A DNA stretch of 63,404 nucleotides, filler included, from Choristocarpus tenellus KU-1152 (GCA_964200185.2; 12 parts of 12 records of this genome joined end to end with filler, not necessarily neighbours in it), one strand, 5' to 3'; shown: positions 13,409-27,433, counted from the whole stretch's first letter. The notes: generated from the letters alone by a model not told the origin. Program-made: numbers and translations.

Positions 13409-16400
13409 ATGGGGCGAAACCCAGTCAAGGTTTGTGTGCGCACTCGGCCAACAGCAGCCTTCGCCCAGGATGCTATCGTTATTGATAAGGAAGCCCAGGC
13501 AAGGAGACACGAAGTTACTACTTTCTTCGGAGAATTTACTGCCAAAGGAAAGCATTTTGGTATCCTCCTCGTTATCACACTCCTTACTGTCAATAGCGTG
13601 AGTTGATTGGATGCCATCCCCATGCCCAGCTCACCATATGATATCTCTAAATACATGTATCCCACTCAATGCGTCATGCCCTGTGGACAGACCATCACGA
13701 TCAATCAAGGCAAGCAGGAGGATGAGGCTGATGTAACGGTGTCTGGAATGCATGATAACAGGCAGAACTGTTTTCGTTTCCAATTTCATCATGTTCTTCA
13801 CAATGCGGGGCAAGACACAATCTATGACGGACTGGCCCGTGAGGTTGTGCAGGGGGCTGTGGATGGAATTGGCGGTGAGGAATTTTCGGGAGAAGCTCAT
13901 GCACGAAGAGTAAACGATACTGCCTGATTCGATTAGGTCTCCCAGGCGACAAGGAATATTGATGTAATCATAGATTGTTTTCACTCTCGTGGGACGAATG
14001 GGTCGTGGTTTATCTCAAGCCTAAAGTTGCTACCCTCACATGCTATATTTCACCCAGATCCACACTTACCCAACCTCAGCCAGTCCTTTCTTTCACCCTC
14101 CCCCATCCACGGGCTGTGGATGTCATCTACCATAGGTTGTATCATGTCCTACGGCCAGACGGGCTCGGGAAAATCTTTCACAATGACGGGAGACTCTGGC
14201 AACTACCAAGTACGCAATGACAAAAGACCTGCTATGGAGAGAAACCTAATTTAATATTACAACTTGAATGTAACCCAGACAGAGGATGGGTCACTTTTTC
14301 GAAGTTTGCGTGGAATTAAGGAAACGCACACCTTGCGAGAAGAAGGGAGTTATTTGGCGTCAAATGCAACAATGAACTCGCCATTAATCAATTGTATGCA
14401 GAGAATGAACAAGACAAGTACAGTGCATGGTGTACCATTTCCCAGAACAAATTCCTGTTTACTTGCCAAATACTCTCCATTATTCTGCATTCTCCGATTC
14501 AGTATTCCCAACCTATGTGTAAGGGGTTGCATTGGAGTGGATCAGATTATATCTCTCTGCACTTCTCAAATCTACGCAGGAAAAGAATATGATGGATGCA
14601 GTAGCTAGTGTGACGAATCCCAAAATCGAGTCCCTGCTACTTTCCATCCAAAAATTTCCTCGCTTGCCAGATATTCTCACGAATTCAGTACTCCAAAGTT
14701 CTTACATAGATGCTCATTCTGGCAATGAAATACTTTGTATAACATGGCACACAATACAGTACCTCTCCCATGTGTTCCTTTTCCTGTGACACACATACAG
14801 CATCGTGGGATCTCACCTAGGTCTCTGTCTCACATATTTCAAGAAGTGCACGCTCGAATTGAGACTGCGTTCATAATCACCATCACCTACATGGAGATAT
14901 ACAACGAGAGGATATTTGATCTACTCTTGGACCCTGGACTGGATGTTACCAAGGTCTGAGATACAAAGATCTGGATTACTTTGTACAGTTGAAGATGGCA
15001 GAGATAGTCTCAAAGAAGTTTTGGGCGCACAGAGAAGATGCTATAGTAGGGGAGAACTAAGAAGTTCATCAGAAAAATATTGTATCATGTGGGAGTAGTT
15101 GAGGAAGCAACACAATTGTTTTGATTATGCCCAGTGAATTACAGAAGAAATGTATAGGCTTGTTCAGTACTTGACCTCACGATGCATTTCTCTGTCACCG
15201 GTTCATGATGGCAACATCTATCCTTCTCAGGGTGAGTACACAATAGCCGAGGACAGAGGAGGAAAGGGGACATTTGTTCGAGGTCTATCCGAAGTGGAGG
15301 TGACCAAGTTCTCGATGCCCTCATGTTGATATTATGTTCATGGTTGTGAGGGTCTTGTATTGTTCATCTGATTGTCCGCATGAAGTCCACATAAGTGTGA
15401 ATTCTATCCTGGGTCGATTGCCTTTCATTGGGATAAATATGTTCAAATATTTGGATCCTCTCTTGGCAGTCCTCGCTTGAAATCCTCCATTGAATCCAAC
15501 CTATCTCGGGGCAGTGTTTATTTTGGGCCATTTGAAATTTAAAGGTCTCTTAAACCTTCTGCCTGACACCCCATTCCCATGCGAGAAATGCAGCTAGCCC
15601 TGCTTAGGAGGCTGTGACTACAGAAGAGAAGAAACCAACCATCCACATAAGTGCAAAAATCGCCCTTCAGAGCGCCAGAAGCACGTGTACCAGAAGGGTC
15701 CCATACACTCAATGATACCCCCTCTAAGATAGGACGGCTCATTGCTGACTAATCACGTCGGATTTATGGAGAAGGTCGTGTGCAAATAATACCATCATGA
15801 TAAACTTGAGTAACCTGATTCCCCTCCTATTGAAATGCCCCCCAAAAGAGTGTGAACTGAACAAGCTACCAAAAATATTCTGACCCTGCTACCAAATGTA
15901 TAATAGGGTAGAGTCCTCTCTGTGTCTCCTGTATGTTCTTGCACTTCAAGCCATACATCTTCGCCCAAGTGTTTGTACCAATCAACCCACCAATGCTGTC
16001 CACAATAAGTTGAGAGTAAAACCTGAGGAGGGTGCAAATTCAGAGTACATGGATTTCTAATCCGATTCCAACTGTGCAGACGAGTGAAAGTATCTTAGAG
16101 GGTACGATTTTTGCCCTGTTCGGAGAAGGTAAAATGCATACGCTATGAAAAGGTGTGTCCGGACAAGGATATTGACACTTCCTAACAAACAAGATAGCCA
16201 AAATTACTTGAAAATCACAACATTGGAATTTGGCCTCAAAATGGACGTGGCTCTACCCTCTAAGATACTTTGACTCAGACCCTAGTACCCTGAGGACATA
16301 GACAAAGCAATCACAGTTGAAGTTCATCTCCCTCCTATGATGCCCACCACCCAAAGTAATAGGAAAACATCATGGGGACACAGTTGCTTGAACCAGAAAC

Positions 16401-19400
16401 TTGATTCACACTATTTATCAGTAGAGGACGTATTGGTACAATGTCATCTAGGCTGGAGTCAAAGTATCTAAGAGGGTAGAGTCTTTTCCATTTGGGGGCC
16501 AAAATCCAATGTTGCAATTTTGATGTGATTTTGGCTATCATGTTTGTTAGGAGATGTCAATATCCTTGTTCGGACACACCTCTTCATAACGTATACATTT
16601 TACCTACTCCGAAACATTTTGGAGTAGGTAAAATGTCAATAAAAACCCATGGGAAGCCAAGTCCCAAATGGACTAACAGGTCAAAACTCCTACCCTCTAA
16701 GATACTTACTTTCATGCGACCTCTCTTAAGTCCTCCAACTATTGCTTAATCCCCCTTAACCTCTTGCTGTACCCCTTACACTTCAAACAGGTCAAGTCCG
16801 AGCAGGAGGCCTTGAACCTGTTGTATCGGGGAGAGCTGATGCGAACTACAGCGCAGCACAACCTTAATAGGAGGTCCAACAGGAGCCATTCCATATTCAC
16901 CATCTTTATCACTCAGAGGGCCCGTAGCGGTGTCAGTGAAAAGGTTTACCCCATATACTCCACCCTCAACAACCTTTCAGAGACTATTCCTTGTGCTAGG
17001 AAGAAGAAAAAGTGGAGTGAGGCTGATAACAGTAGGGCTATTCTAGTAATACATTGCATATGGCAATGAATAGTCGGAGATAGGTACTGTAATCAGAGTT
17101 CATCAGAGGAAGCAACAACTAACTCATGCTCAATAGCGGCCACAAACTTGTTCCCAGAACATCTACATTCCTATCACAAGTCACAAGTGCACAATGACTG
17201 TAGCATTGTCACACCCCTACCCCTTTGTGTTCGACCGTACTATAACTTGAAAGATGATTGCACAGTCACCATGCACTGTGCATTTTCAAAGTCGTCCCAC
17301 TCGTTATGCTTATGCCTATTCCGACTCATTTCGGAACCTGACCACAACCTTGCTTTTCCTCATGTCACTAGGAGGTGTCATCGAAGCTTAACCTGGTAGA
17401 CCTTGCGGGCAGTGAACGCCTTAAGAAAGCTCTTGATCAGGTTTGGTATTGACTTCGTGGAGAGTCAATGACTCAGGTCAAAGCTTCTGAGTGGGGTGTA
17501 TTTCATGGTGGTGGACGAAGGCTCAGCGGTTTGGGGGGTTTATGATGTGCAGTAAATCAAGATGAACTCGTTTCGTTCCATTTTCAAGATGATTGGATGT
17601 TGATCTCAAGAAATAGGGGGAGATGATGGAGCAGACAGGATATTGAGGGTGACTGCACAGGACTTTATTTGACCGAAATACCTTCTTTACCAACGGCAAT
17701 AGTAGATCTCAGTATTTAATTTTTTGTACATGTGCACCTGAAAGAGAAATGCTGCAAACATTACCTCCAAGTACACACACATTCACACTCTCACACAAAC
17801 ACATATGATGTACGCAAATAACTGTGTGTCTAACATGAACCTCATTGATAACATGCCTTATCAAGCTATTGAGTATGTCTCTCTTTGTTTTCTGGTATCC
17901 CCTGAGCCAGGAGAGGCTGGAGGGTCGCACAGTGTCCGATGAGACAATTAAGAAGGAGAGCATGTATATCAATCAGTCCCTGAGCTACCTGGAGCAGTGT
18001 GTTGTTGCTCTAAGCCGGAAGACCACCGGTCATGTACCATACCGCCAAAGCAAGCTCACCAACGTCCTCAAGGTAAATAAGGATTCCCAGTATGATTAAG
18101 ACAGGTTTGACCTCATGGGAAAGGACATCGCTGCAAAACTTTATGGAAGTATAGATGTGGACAAAAAAGGAGGATTGGGCGAGTCCAAGCGATTTAGTCA
18201 TTGTCGTGTCATTTTGATGGTAAGAGTTTGGGTATATACCAAAAGTGCGCCATGCTTGTGTTGTATCCACACCACCTCAGCCTTTCAAGCTTTTACCGAC
18301 CTCTATGCAACGTGGCAACCATTGACACCTCCCTGTCACCATTCTTGCTCATGTTCTGAAGGACTCACTAGGTGGAAACTGCAACACTCTCCTGCTAGCG
18401 TGCATTTGGGGGGAGGCCCTTCATCTGGAGGAAACTCTATCCACTCTCAGACTTGCCAGTCGAATGATGAGGGTCCAGAATGAGACACATGCTGTGAGAG
18501 ATAACAATTGCCATTCCCACTTTAACCATCATTCCCATCTCCATCCCGGCCGGCATCAACCCAGACATAGGCAAATTTTGTGTCTACTAAATGAGACAAT
18601 ATCATGACTAAGGGGTAGGGCAGAGACAAAGAAATATTAGTATCAATGAAGCAATCTGTATGCCACAATTGAGCCACAAGAATGGATTTGCCTTGCAACT
18701 TGACCTACCCTGTTAATAATATTCTAAATAATCTTAGCATACCTATTTTTCAAAATAGTCATTTTCTACGAAATTATATTAAAGTATATGTTTCATTGCA
18801 AAGAGCACCTTGTGGTGCAGCAAGCAATTGCATGTTGCAACCTCAAGCCTCTCGAACTCTCACCAAGGCTCCCAGCAGTATCTGTTTCCCCCACCTCCTT
18901 GCTCCAAAAGAAACCCATAGTGCTTGCTGCCTACATACTATGATAAGCTTATTGACCAGCTCTTTTCCTTCCTATCCTATAAAAATCAGGGCAACCCTCT
19001 CCTGTCTACTACTTGCATAGCCTTCATTGCCTCGTCCAATTAGAGAAGAGACACCACCTACCCATTTTTTCAGTTTCATAAGCCCGGCTCTAGATTCCCT
19101 CAATCCCCCCCACCCCCCAATCCCCCTCACCCCCCGTAGCTCATGAGTGTTTTGTTATTCCCTCTGGAAACCATCACTATTCATGTCCTCCTTGCCCTAT
19201 TCTACCTTGTACTCAACCTTTTTCCTGGCACCTGTGTTTTGTTGCATCAATTACCAGCTAGAGGTACTGGACCCCATTCAAACACTCAAGAAGCAGGAGA
19301 AGATAATCCGAGATCTCAAGCAGGTGACTTAAAAAATGAAACCTTTCTCAGCATTGCCTTGGAATCATAGCAACATCTGCCCTTGACCTCCAAGCAGTGC

Positions 19401-22400
19401 ACACATGCCCTTCCTCACATACACACTCAAACCACACCCCACATCCCATACTCCTCCCCATGAAAGGAACTACTGATGCATGATGCCCTAGCCGACCGTT
19501 CTGGGGTCACATATGACCCTTATACGCCAGAGCAGCAGCAGAGTATCCGTGCTCAGCTCGAGAAATTCATAGCTGCTCAGGTGAAACTGTCACCAATGGC
19601 TCGGTGCTAGTGACTATTGTCTCTGTAAAGAATGCCAAGGCTCTTCCCTCCCCAGGGGTCTACTCTTCCACTCCTGATCTGAAATATACTACCACTCCCC
19701 CGGCCGATTTCTCTGACTCTGCCTGTGCCCCTGAGTGAAAGTATCTTAGAGGGTACGAGTTTTTCCCTGTTTGTCCATTTGGGGCTTGGCTTCCCACGGG
19801 TTTTTAATGAAATTTACCTTCTCGAAAATGTTTTGGAGTAGGTAAAATGTATTCATTACGAAGAGATGTGTCCGGAACAAGGATATTGACATCTCCTAAC
19901 AAACATGATAGGCAAAATTACATCAAAATTGCAACATTGGATCTCGGCCCCCTAATGGACGCGGCTCTACCCTCTAAGATACTTTGGTTCCCTTTCACAA
20001 GTATGAGCCAGAATGAACACTATGTGATGACCGCTAGGAACCATTGCTTTTGAACTCGTCTTGGAAATGCACGCTTGTCTTTGCGTCGGTGTTGTGACGC
20101 TTTATGGGCACATGCAAACATCCTGCATGTACATAATCAATCCAACTCATTCACCCAAGCATCACCTGATGTGGTACCTTATTCGTGGAGACTCTCAGGG
20201 CCCAGAACAGGAAGATGAGGCACTCCCCTCCTTTGAAAGTGTGCGCCAAATGCGCGAGGTATGCCGCGTTTTCAAGACTATTCTACAAGAAATGCTGGAG
20301 GATGCACGAAGGTGAGTGTGTGACCCCCTTCATATCTTGTTCCCCAAGTTCCTCCTGTTCCTTTTTTTTTCTTCGCAAGCCCCCTTACTAACCCGACCAT
20401 AGCCACTACCACTGCCCTTTGCCTTCGTGATGTCCACAACACATATGGTATCATCATGCACAGCACAACTTTTCAATTCAATTCCCCCTACTTCCCCCCC
20501 CCAAACCCTCCTCATTTGACTGGTAGTCATAATATGAACGATGGTGATTGTAATAACGACAAGTGAATAATATTGAGGGGATAGGGAGTGTTGTGTGAAA
20601 AACTGTTCATTTGATGTCTAAAAGAAGAACGCTGGCTATTTAACCTACCCCTTCCAAATATCTATTCTCCCTATTAATAAATACAAAGGATATATTTATG
20701 GTCTTGGCATGGTCTTCAGCACTGCTGTCAATGTGGAAGACCCCCAACCATACATGATATGCCCGCCCTCACAACATTTAACATACCCTCTACACCCTCT
20801 AGATACATCAAGCCCACTAGACATCTCTCATGATTCCATGCTCCACCACAGCCTAAGATACTCCCTGCTTCTATCACCACCCAAACACATATGCAAGCTG
20901 ATTTCAACGTTTTATGCTCTCTTAGTGATATGCCAACCCTTTTCCTTAGACCCCACCTCACCACAGGACCCAAGTGACTATTGCACGTCAAAGTTGGTGA
21001 TTGTCCCACCTAAAGAGTGCATCCCTGACTTGAACAAATATTTTCACTTTTGTACAGAAGCCATCTAATGAATGCCCAAATGCATGACCTGACCAGAGTT
21101 GAAAACATGATGGTAGAAATAATAATGTAGGGCTTGAAACATGTTTGAACTAGGCACCCCTCTTGGAAATGACTCCATGAGTGTCATCCCAACCCCCTTG
21201 CTTGGCACCTCCCCGTTGCAGACCGAACAGACTATTGAACCAACTGTGTTTGTCTCTTACTCCTCCAGCTTCCGAATACTTAGTGAATGAGCCTGAAAAA
21301 AATATTTCTTATTTGAGGTCTAGTTTTCCTTGAGTCTCATATTCTAGATCCCCTTCTATTGGTAATAATGAGATGAACTTCACCACCCCCAACTGTTCAC
21401 TCCCCTCTATAGCTGCAGCAAGTACCACAAGCTTGTGGCTCAAAGTACCTGGGGGGGGGTGGGGGGTGTGTCTACAACAGGGTGTCCATTTGCGCCCTGA
21501 TCAGGATAAGTGAACTTACATTATCCATCCGACGCATACAACCAAATCACCCAAAAATCGCAACATGGAAAAATGGGCCCCAAATGGACAGCCGCCACCC
21601 ACCCCCAGAAGTTTTGAGCCTGTAAACTCTGTATTCCCTCCAGAGTGGGGTGATGGCATGATGAAATGTTTGATGTAAGGGGGGCTCACATTTACACACT
21701 CATCACCAGGCAGGAAAGGGATTTAGAGGGAATTGAAATGTATTTCCCACATCATGTGAACTGTACAATCTAATCGTGCAAACAGATCAAAGACACACTC
21801 GTAGACTGTTCAAACACTGTCATTCAAGTTGATTGCCTAATGGTGTATATTTATGGGTCATGCTATAAGCAATCTGGACTTCAGCAAGATTTATAGCCCT
21901 AAAATCCTCTTGACAGTTGTTTCACTGATTCTCTACCTTGCTGCTCCGGACTGCGCCAACATTAGTGCCATTCTCAGCTCTGGAGGGGGACTAGTAGAGG
22001 GCACTCTTGCCCCCTGTGAGGAGAGAGAAGGAGATCATAAAACTGACACCCCTCCTGGGCAAAAACGAGAGGTGATAATGAGTGTTACATAGCAAAAACC
22101 AACTGAAAGAGGAATGGGTAGGATGACTAGGAGGTGGGATGTGCATCTCATTGCTAAAGCAGTTTTTTTGGGGGAATATGACAGTTCCTTTGTTTACATA
22201 TAAGCACACGATGTCAGATGTCTTGACTGTCTGCCTACATGTGTTGCATAAGATCAAACTGGAGAGATAGGTACTGCAGGTGCATGCTATCCATATGAGT
22301 TCAAGGTTGGCTGGTTGACTCATGGGCTCATTTTTCTCAGTTGATGGACTTGTAGGTGATCGAGAGAATTGGTGCCTTTTAACCCATAGTATCCTAGAAG

Positions 22401-23613
22401 GTGAGTCAAGCGTCCATTGGGAGCCTGTGTGACCTGTAGTGATTTCCATATCATATGAGTATAGACCCAACGTATCTGGGGGGGGGGGGTTCTACACCAG
22501 GGTGTCCATTTGGGTCATAACCAAGAAAAGTGCACATACAGTATCCATCCGACATGCGCAACCAAATCACCCAAAAATCGTGACATGAAAAAAATGACCC
22601 CAAATAGACAGCCGCCACCCCTCCCCCAAATACTTTGAACCACATGTGTCAGAATTAAGGACAATTTTCTTCATCTGAACACACTTCCTTTTCTATTCCC
22701 TTGTCTGAACCAAGTTCAAAGGAAAATCATCTGCAATATGGGCATCAAACTGGGTTATCTCACAACCCATGATCAAGTCCCAAATGCACGACCTGAGCTA
22801 CGCATCCCCCTCTAGGATACTATGTCCCTTTTTGGAAGGTCCCAAGCATGCAGTTATCTCTCATTCGCATTGGCCGGAAAACAATGAGTGAAAGTATCTT
22901 AGGGTTAGGGTACGAGTTTTGCCCTGTTTGTCCATGTGGGGTTTTGCTTCCCACCGGGTTTTATTATGACATTTTACCTACTCCAAAAGGTTTTGGAGTA
23001 GGTAAAATGTTTATGTTATGAAAACGTGTGTCCGGAACAAGGATACTGACACATCCTAACAAACACGATAGCCAGAGTTACATCAAAATCGCAACATTGG
23101 ATTTTGGCCCCCAAACGGACGCGACTCTACCCTCTAAGATACTTTGTCTCAACGCATCCTAACACAAGGGTTGAATTCACACTTTTTTCCTTGAGCAAAA
23201 CATCACCTTAATCATTGTTGTGACGGTGGGGTTGACTTGTGAGCTGCACAGTAGTTTGAACTTAGCTCAACTTACGTTTTCCTGTGTGACTGTCTTCAAA
23301 ACAAGCAAGAACCGCATAGGTGCATTTTCTATTTTCTTCTTGACAGTGGAGATGGTAAACACGCCTCATGACTTCAACATCATCACAAAGACTGCCTTTT
23401 TTATCTTCACCAACTCTGTAACCTCATCATGCTGGTGCGTACATGTGTGTGCAACCAGTGCACTGGTGCCCAGGTTGGGGAGTTCGAAAAGAGCAACGGC
23501 TTCGTCCTAGGGCGCGCACCAGACAATGCGAGACCGTCCACAGTTGATTCCACCCTGGACCGGCCACTATCAAGGATGGACAGTAGGGTCGGAGGGGAAG
23601 GTGGAGAGCCACA
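13409..23613 (+). CDS. KIF9: Kinesin-9 family (KIF9/KLP1-like) motor, 3'-truncated; exons ~13409-13498, 13691-13874, 14136-14209, 14801-14953, 15231-15299, 16791-16943, 17372-17440, 17911-18072, 18362-18493, 19258-19323, 19467-19580, 20199-20311, then probable 21978-22071 and 23474-23613
   Basis: All kinesin motor motifs appear in order: VKVCVRTRP, YGQTGSGKSFT, YMEIYNERIFDLL, NRRSNRSHSIF, LVDLAGSER, INQSLSYLEQCVVAL, HVPYRQSKLT, DSLGGNCNT, EETLSTLRLASR. The post-motor LKQELLMHDALA and VGEFE..NGFVLGRAP motifs are typical of kinesin-9. KIF9 versus KIF6 is not certain. Confidence 0.92.
16082..16276. mobile_element. MITE family B (internally deleted) in kinesin intron
   Basis: gagtgaaagtatcttagagggtac ... 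taccctctaagatactttgactc; 4-bp flank duplication agac/agac. Confidence 0.9.
16456..16713. mobile_element. MITE family B (~258 bp), opposite orientation
   Basis: gagtcaaagtatctaagagggtag ... taccctctaagatact; same internal sequence as other B copies. Confidence 0.88.
19733..19990. mobile_element. MITE family B
   Basis: Full TIRs; flank duplication cct/cct. Confidence 0.92.
21437..21620. mobile_element. MITE family A
   Basis: ggctcaaagtacctggggg ... cccccagaagttttgagcc; flank duplication tgt/tgt. Confidence 0.9.
22464..22641. mobile_element. MITE family A
   Basis: gacccaacgtatctggggg ... cccccaaatactttgaacc. Confidence 0.88.
22886..23150. mobile_element. MITE family B with TTAGGGTTAGGG in left TIR
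   Basis: gagtgaaagtatcttagggttagggtacg ... taccctctaagatactttgtctc. Confidence 0.9.
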
Positions 23614-23836
23614 GGTAGGCCAGACCATGCTCATCAATCAGATCACACCCCCATTCCTGATTTCTATCTGCATGTAGTACGTCCATTGAAGGATCTTCTC
23701 ATACCTTTCATGAACACCAATGACAAACGACATTCATAGCTAAGACTAGGGGCCTAGCCCTCCACTGAAGTGGATACAACTCTTGAAGTAGACTCATTTC
23801 TGTAAGAAAGGACGAGAAACAATGGTTGAAGTTCCA

Positions 23837-23914
23837 GACCCAAAGTATCTTTGGGGGGGGGGGGGGGGGGCCCCCCCCGGGGGGCCATTTGGGCGAAAAA
23901 CGGGGAAAAGATTT
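23837..23914. mobile_element. MITE family A, truncated by contig end
   Basis: gacccaaagtatct + poly-G + ccatttggg. Confidence 0.75.
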
Positions 23915-24159
23915 TNNNNNNNNNNNNNNNNNNNNNNNNNNNNNNNNNNNNNNNNNNNNTTAATTAATTAANNNNNNNNNNNNNNNNNNNNNNNNNNNNN
24001 NNNNNNNNNNNNNNNCCCACGCCCCACGCCCCACGCCCCACGCCCCACGCCCCACGCCCCACCCCCCACCCCCCACCTCAACGATAAAAATGTGTACTGC
24101 AAATGATAGTCGGGAGTACACAGGATGGGTTAGGGTTAGGGTTCAATTTGAGTCCATAC

Positions 24160-26780
24160 CTTGAGTTGAATCTCCTTGAGTTGCTGAGACCTTGCCTTTT
24201 TCCTTTGCTCCTTCTTCTTCCGTTGGTTCTGCTCCCAGTTCATCACCCTGCAAGTAGGTGGGTCGCTCCGGGGAGCAACTGGGTGTGAAACAATGCCCAC
24301 AACAATAGAAAGGGGCGATCAGACTTGGCAGTCATAACATCAAAACAAACAGGTGGGTTTGGCGTATCACTCACTCCCTACCCAACGACAAATGGGCATT
24401 AAATTATGTCCAACCAACAACCTCCTCAGTTATATTGATTAGTACACGATAGTACAAACGTTGAATACTCTCTGCACGCTAACATTTACATCTATATTGT
24501 CAACATCTATTTGTCGAGATGGCCATGTAGTGTACAAAGTTTGAGTAGGGCTTTAGTATGTCACAAATTGTGCAGTGGTGGAGGTCTGATGTGGAGGGAC
24601 AATTGCAGGGCATGGTACTACATGTCACGTTGGGTACCGTTCCAAACTTATTATCACAGAGAGCATATATCAAGAGATTTTCTCTTGATAAACAATGAAT
24701 GCACATTAGGAGTTTGAACAACCATAAACAGAAACGTCGCATTAGGGTTAGGGAGGAAACAACACAAAAAAATGCGATTTCAACACCAACATTAGTAAGA
24801 GTGAGTTGAACACCAACAATAGTAAGAGTGAGTTGAACACCAACATTAGTAAGAGTGAGTTGAACACCAACATTAGTAAGAGTGAGTTCAACACCAACAT
24901 TAGTAAGAGTGAGTTGAACACCAACATCAGTAAATCTGAGTTGAACACCAACATCAGTAAATGTGGGTTCAACACCAACAATAGTAAGAGTGAGTTCAAC
25001 ACCAATATCAGTAAAATTGAATTCAATGTCAACAATAGTAATAGAGTGAGTTCAATGCCAACACAACAGTCAACAGAAAGAAAAAAAAATAAGGCATAGA
25101 ATCAAACTCGAGGGGAAAAGCACCCCCCTGAAAAGCACGGATTCAACATTCTTCAACACACTCTAATAACCCTAACCCTAACCCTAACCCTAACCCTAAC
25201 CCTAAGTCATCCCGATCCAAAAACACACCAATAACGTTTGTGTTGGGGACCATCCCCCGAATGTACAACGAAACAAGAAAGATCAATCAAAAACATGTCT
25301 CTCATTCCCATGGAATGTTTCTGCCCATGCGAAATTCCCTTCACAACGTTGAACTAGATATGAATCGGAGGAATAGCTCCTCCCTTCAACTCCCTCGAGA
25401 CAAAGTGGAGAGGTATTTCAAAACTAAACCATTCATTGATGCACTGCTTGGTCCACTGCTGGGCACTACTGGGCTTCAGGTGTTCCTTCACAATGGAAGT
25501 CACATCACAACTGTGTAACTGTATTAAAGAAAAACAGGATTAAAAAGGTTGGGGAGCAGGCAGTCTCACTGAGCACAAGATCCATGTTGGACTTCTTCGC
25601 CAGAGCCAGAGCAGCTTTTAGGGGCAAGATGCTGGATGTTGATGCTCCATCTTCCCCCTTCAATGCAACACGAACCGTGCTGGCTCTGATAGCCGTGTTC
25701 ATGAGAGGCTCCAACGATTTGTTCTTGGCTTGATATCGTGGCCTCCCCAATTGTACATGCCCCTTCTCGGCCTCTTGTGGCATCCTTCCAAGAACGCGAT
25801 TTACAGATGCCAGAGGCCCTCGTCTACGAGCTCCATGCCCCTCTACCCGACCACTGCGCGGGGTGTATGAACTACTCAACGCCATGCGAGATGCAGACAC
25901 ACCCATAGTTACACTACCATCACTCCTGGAATATGTGCAAGAGGTCAAGCATTGAGCGCATGTAAAGAAAGGGTAAGTACCAGTAGCAAAGATCATGCAT
26001 TCAACTTCGGGACCTGACATAGGCAATGCAGTCTCCGTATTTACAAAATCATTGTAAATTAAAGTTTGGGGACGTCCCACAGGACAGTATCAAGGTGATG
26101 ATAGTGGGTAACAGTGGACGGTCATCAAATGACTGTGAGCAAAAGCTGCAGGTTGCCCACTTTCCGATGAAGAGTGTAGTTTTATTTCTCGTTAAGTTTG
26201 CGATTGCCTTTCCTCCACATAAGATTTCGAAAGAGGTATTCGTAACCCCGCCTTCCACCCACAACCATTGTAGGTAGCGACAAATACGAATCCCGCGAAA
26301 GGTGGGCCCATGTTTACGGAACACTGGACTATGGGCATATCGACACTCTCCACAATAATTCAGGCCACCTACCATATTTGCGGTGGGGTTTTTTGTCCCT
26401 CTCCAATTGCAGTAATATATCCCCTAGAAGGCTGTGTGAACTGTGGATTCCTGGTTACCGAATCTGCTACAACCAGTGTTCCCGCAATGAGTAGCCTATG
26501 ATCGTTAGCCTCGAGCTTTCCACCAACTCGTGGCCGATCGATCAATGCACCCCTCAAATCACACCCATCCCCCAGTCCAACTAGCCTGCCCAACCTCTCT
26601 CTTCCTTGCTCCTTGTCTGAGGTGTCTGTGACCATGGGGGGTCTCCCTTGCAACACTGCCGAGGATCCTGCCCAGCCCCTAGCGGCTCGATAAGCTTGTC
26701 TCGCAGTGACTGCCCCAGGACAAGAAGCCATGGCGTCGGCGACGTTGAGGAGGGTGTGTTCTGAGAGACTGACCACACCT
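24160..26780 (-). CDS. Organellar (probably mitochondrial) translation initiation factor IF-3, 5' portion; exons ~26780-26586 (less certain), 25925-25570, 24278-24160
   Basis: MNTAIRASTVRV...LPLKAALALAKKSNMDLVL spliced (a|tt) to IAPRSDPPTCRVMNWEQNQRKKKEQRKKARSQQLKEIQLK. This is the IF3 N-domain, PPVC-like motif, basic linker and start of IF3-C. It has a long N-terminal extension and is cut by the contig end. Confidence 0.82.
24782..25055. repeat. 27-bp minisatellite (AACACCAACATTAGTAAGAGTGAGTTG) x ~10 in IF-3 intron
   Basis: Direct tandem units, degenerating toward the right end. Confidence 0.95.
25169..25205. repeat. Interstitial telomeric repeat (CCCTAA)6
   Basis: Seen directly; similar tracts at 53513-53547, 54436-54453, 52599-52613 and many 2-unit tracts. 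Confidence 0.9.
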
Positions 26781-27188
26781 TAAATACACGTGAGCAAAAC
26801 AGTCAGTGGCCCTGGGGCCACGTCACCCAGCCCTGTAGCTTGAATATTTGAGATAATAGTAACGAGGTTCATCAACACCACCATCTTTCTTTGCTACACC
26901 ACGCCTTCCTCCCTTCTACCTTGCAGTCCATTTTGCCGAACATTTTATGGAATGGGTGGTTGACTCAGAAGCTTTGTCGTTTGTTTTTGGGTTGTTGACT
27001 GAAAGGGGTCTGCCCTATATTTCCTTGTTGAATTATGTCCCACTTTGTCCTCTCCTCCTGCCGTGGACAGGAAGTGCACATCTTTATTCGCCTATCCATC
27101 CCAAATCAAGGATGCTCTTCTCTTCCTACAAACTCTTCTTGTGGTTTCCTTGCCTACTTTTTCCTCCTGTCTGATAACCATCTCCTTC

Positions 27189-27433
27189 GAGTCAAAGTAA
27201 ACGAGAGGGACCCAGGTTTTGCCCGTTATATATTTCAATATTTTTCTATTCGCCCATATCATATGGATGAACTTCAGAGTTCGACTTGAGAGTGCACATT
27301 TCTCAATTGTTTGAAAATTTTCCTGCACAATTCAGAAAATATCCAGTTCACATTTGTAAGAAAAGCGAATTTTGTATTTGTTTGTCATCATTCTTAAAAC
27401 GCAACTCTGGGTAACTCTCATTTACTTTGAATC
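27189..27433. mobile_element. MITE family E
   Basis: gagtcaaagtaaacgagagggacccagg ... ctgggtaactctcatttactttgaatc; flank duplication ttc/ttc. Confidence 0.82.

Noticed and set aside
24748-25099. Repeat proteins (NTNISKSEL)n / (LLLMLVFNS)n
   Set aside because: Translation of a 27-bp minisatellite lying inside an IF-3 intron.
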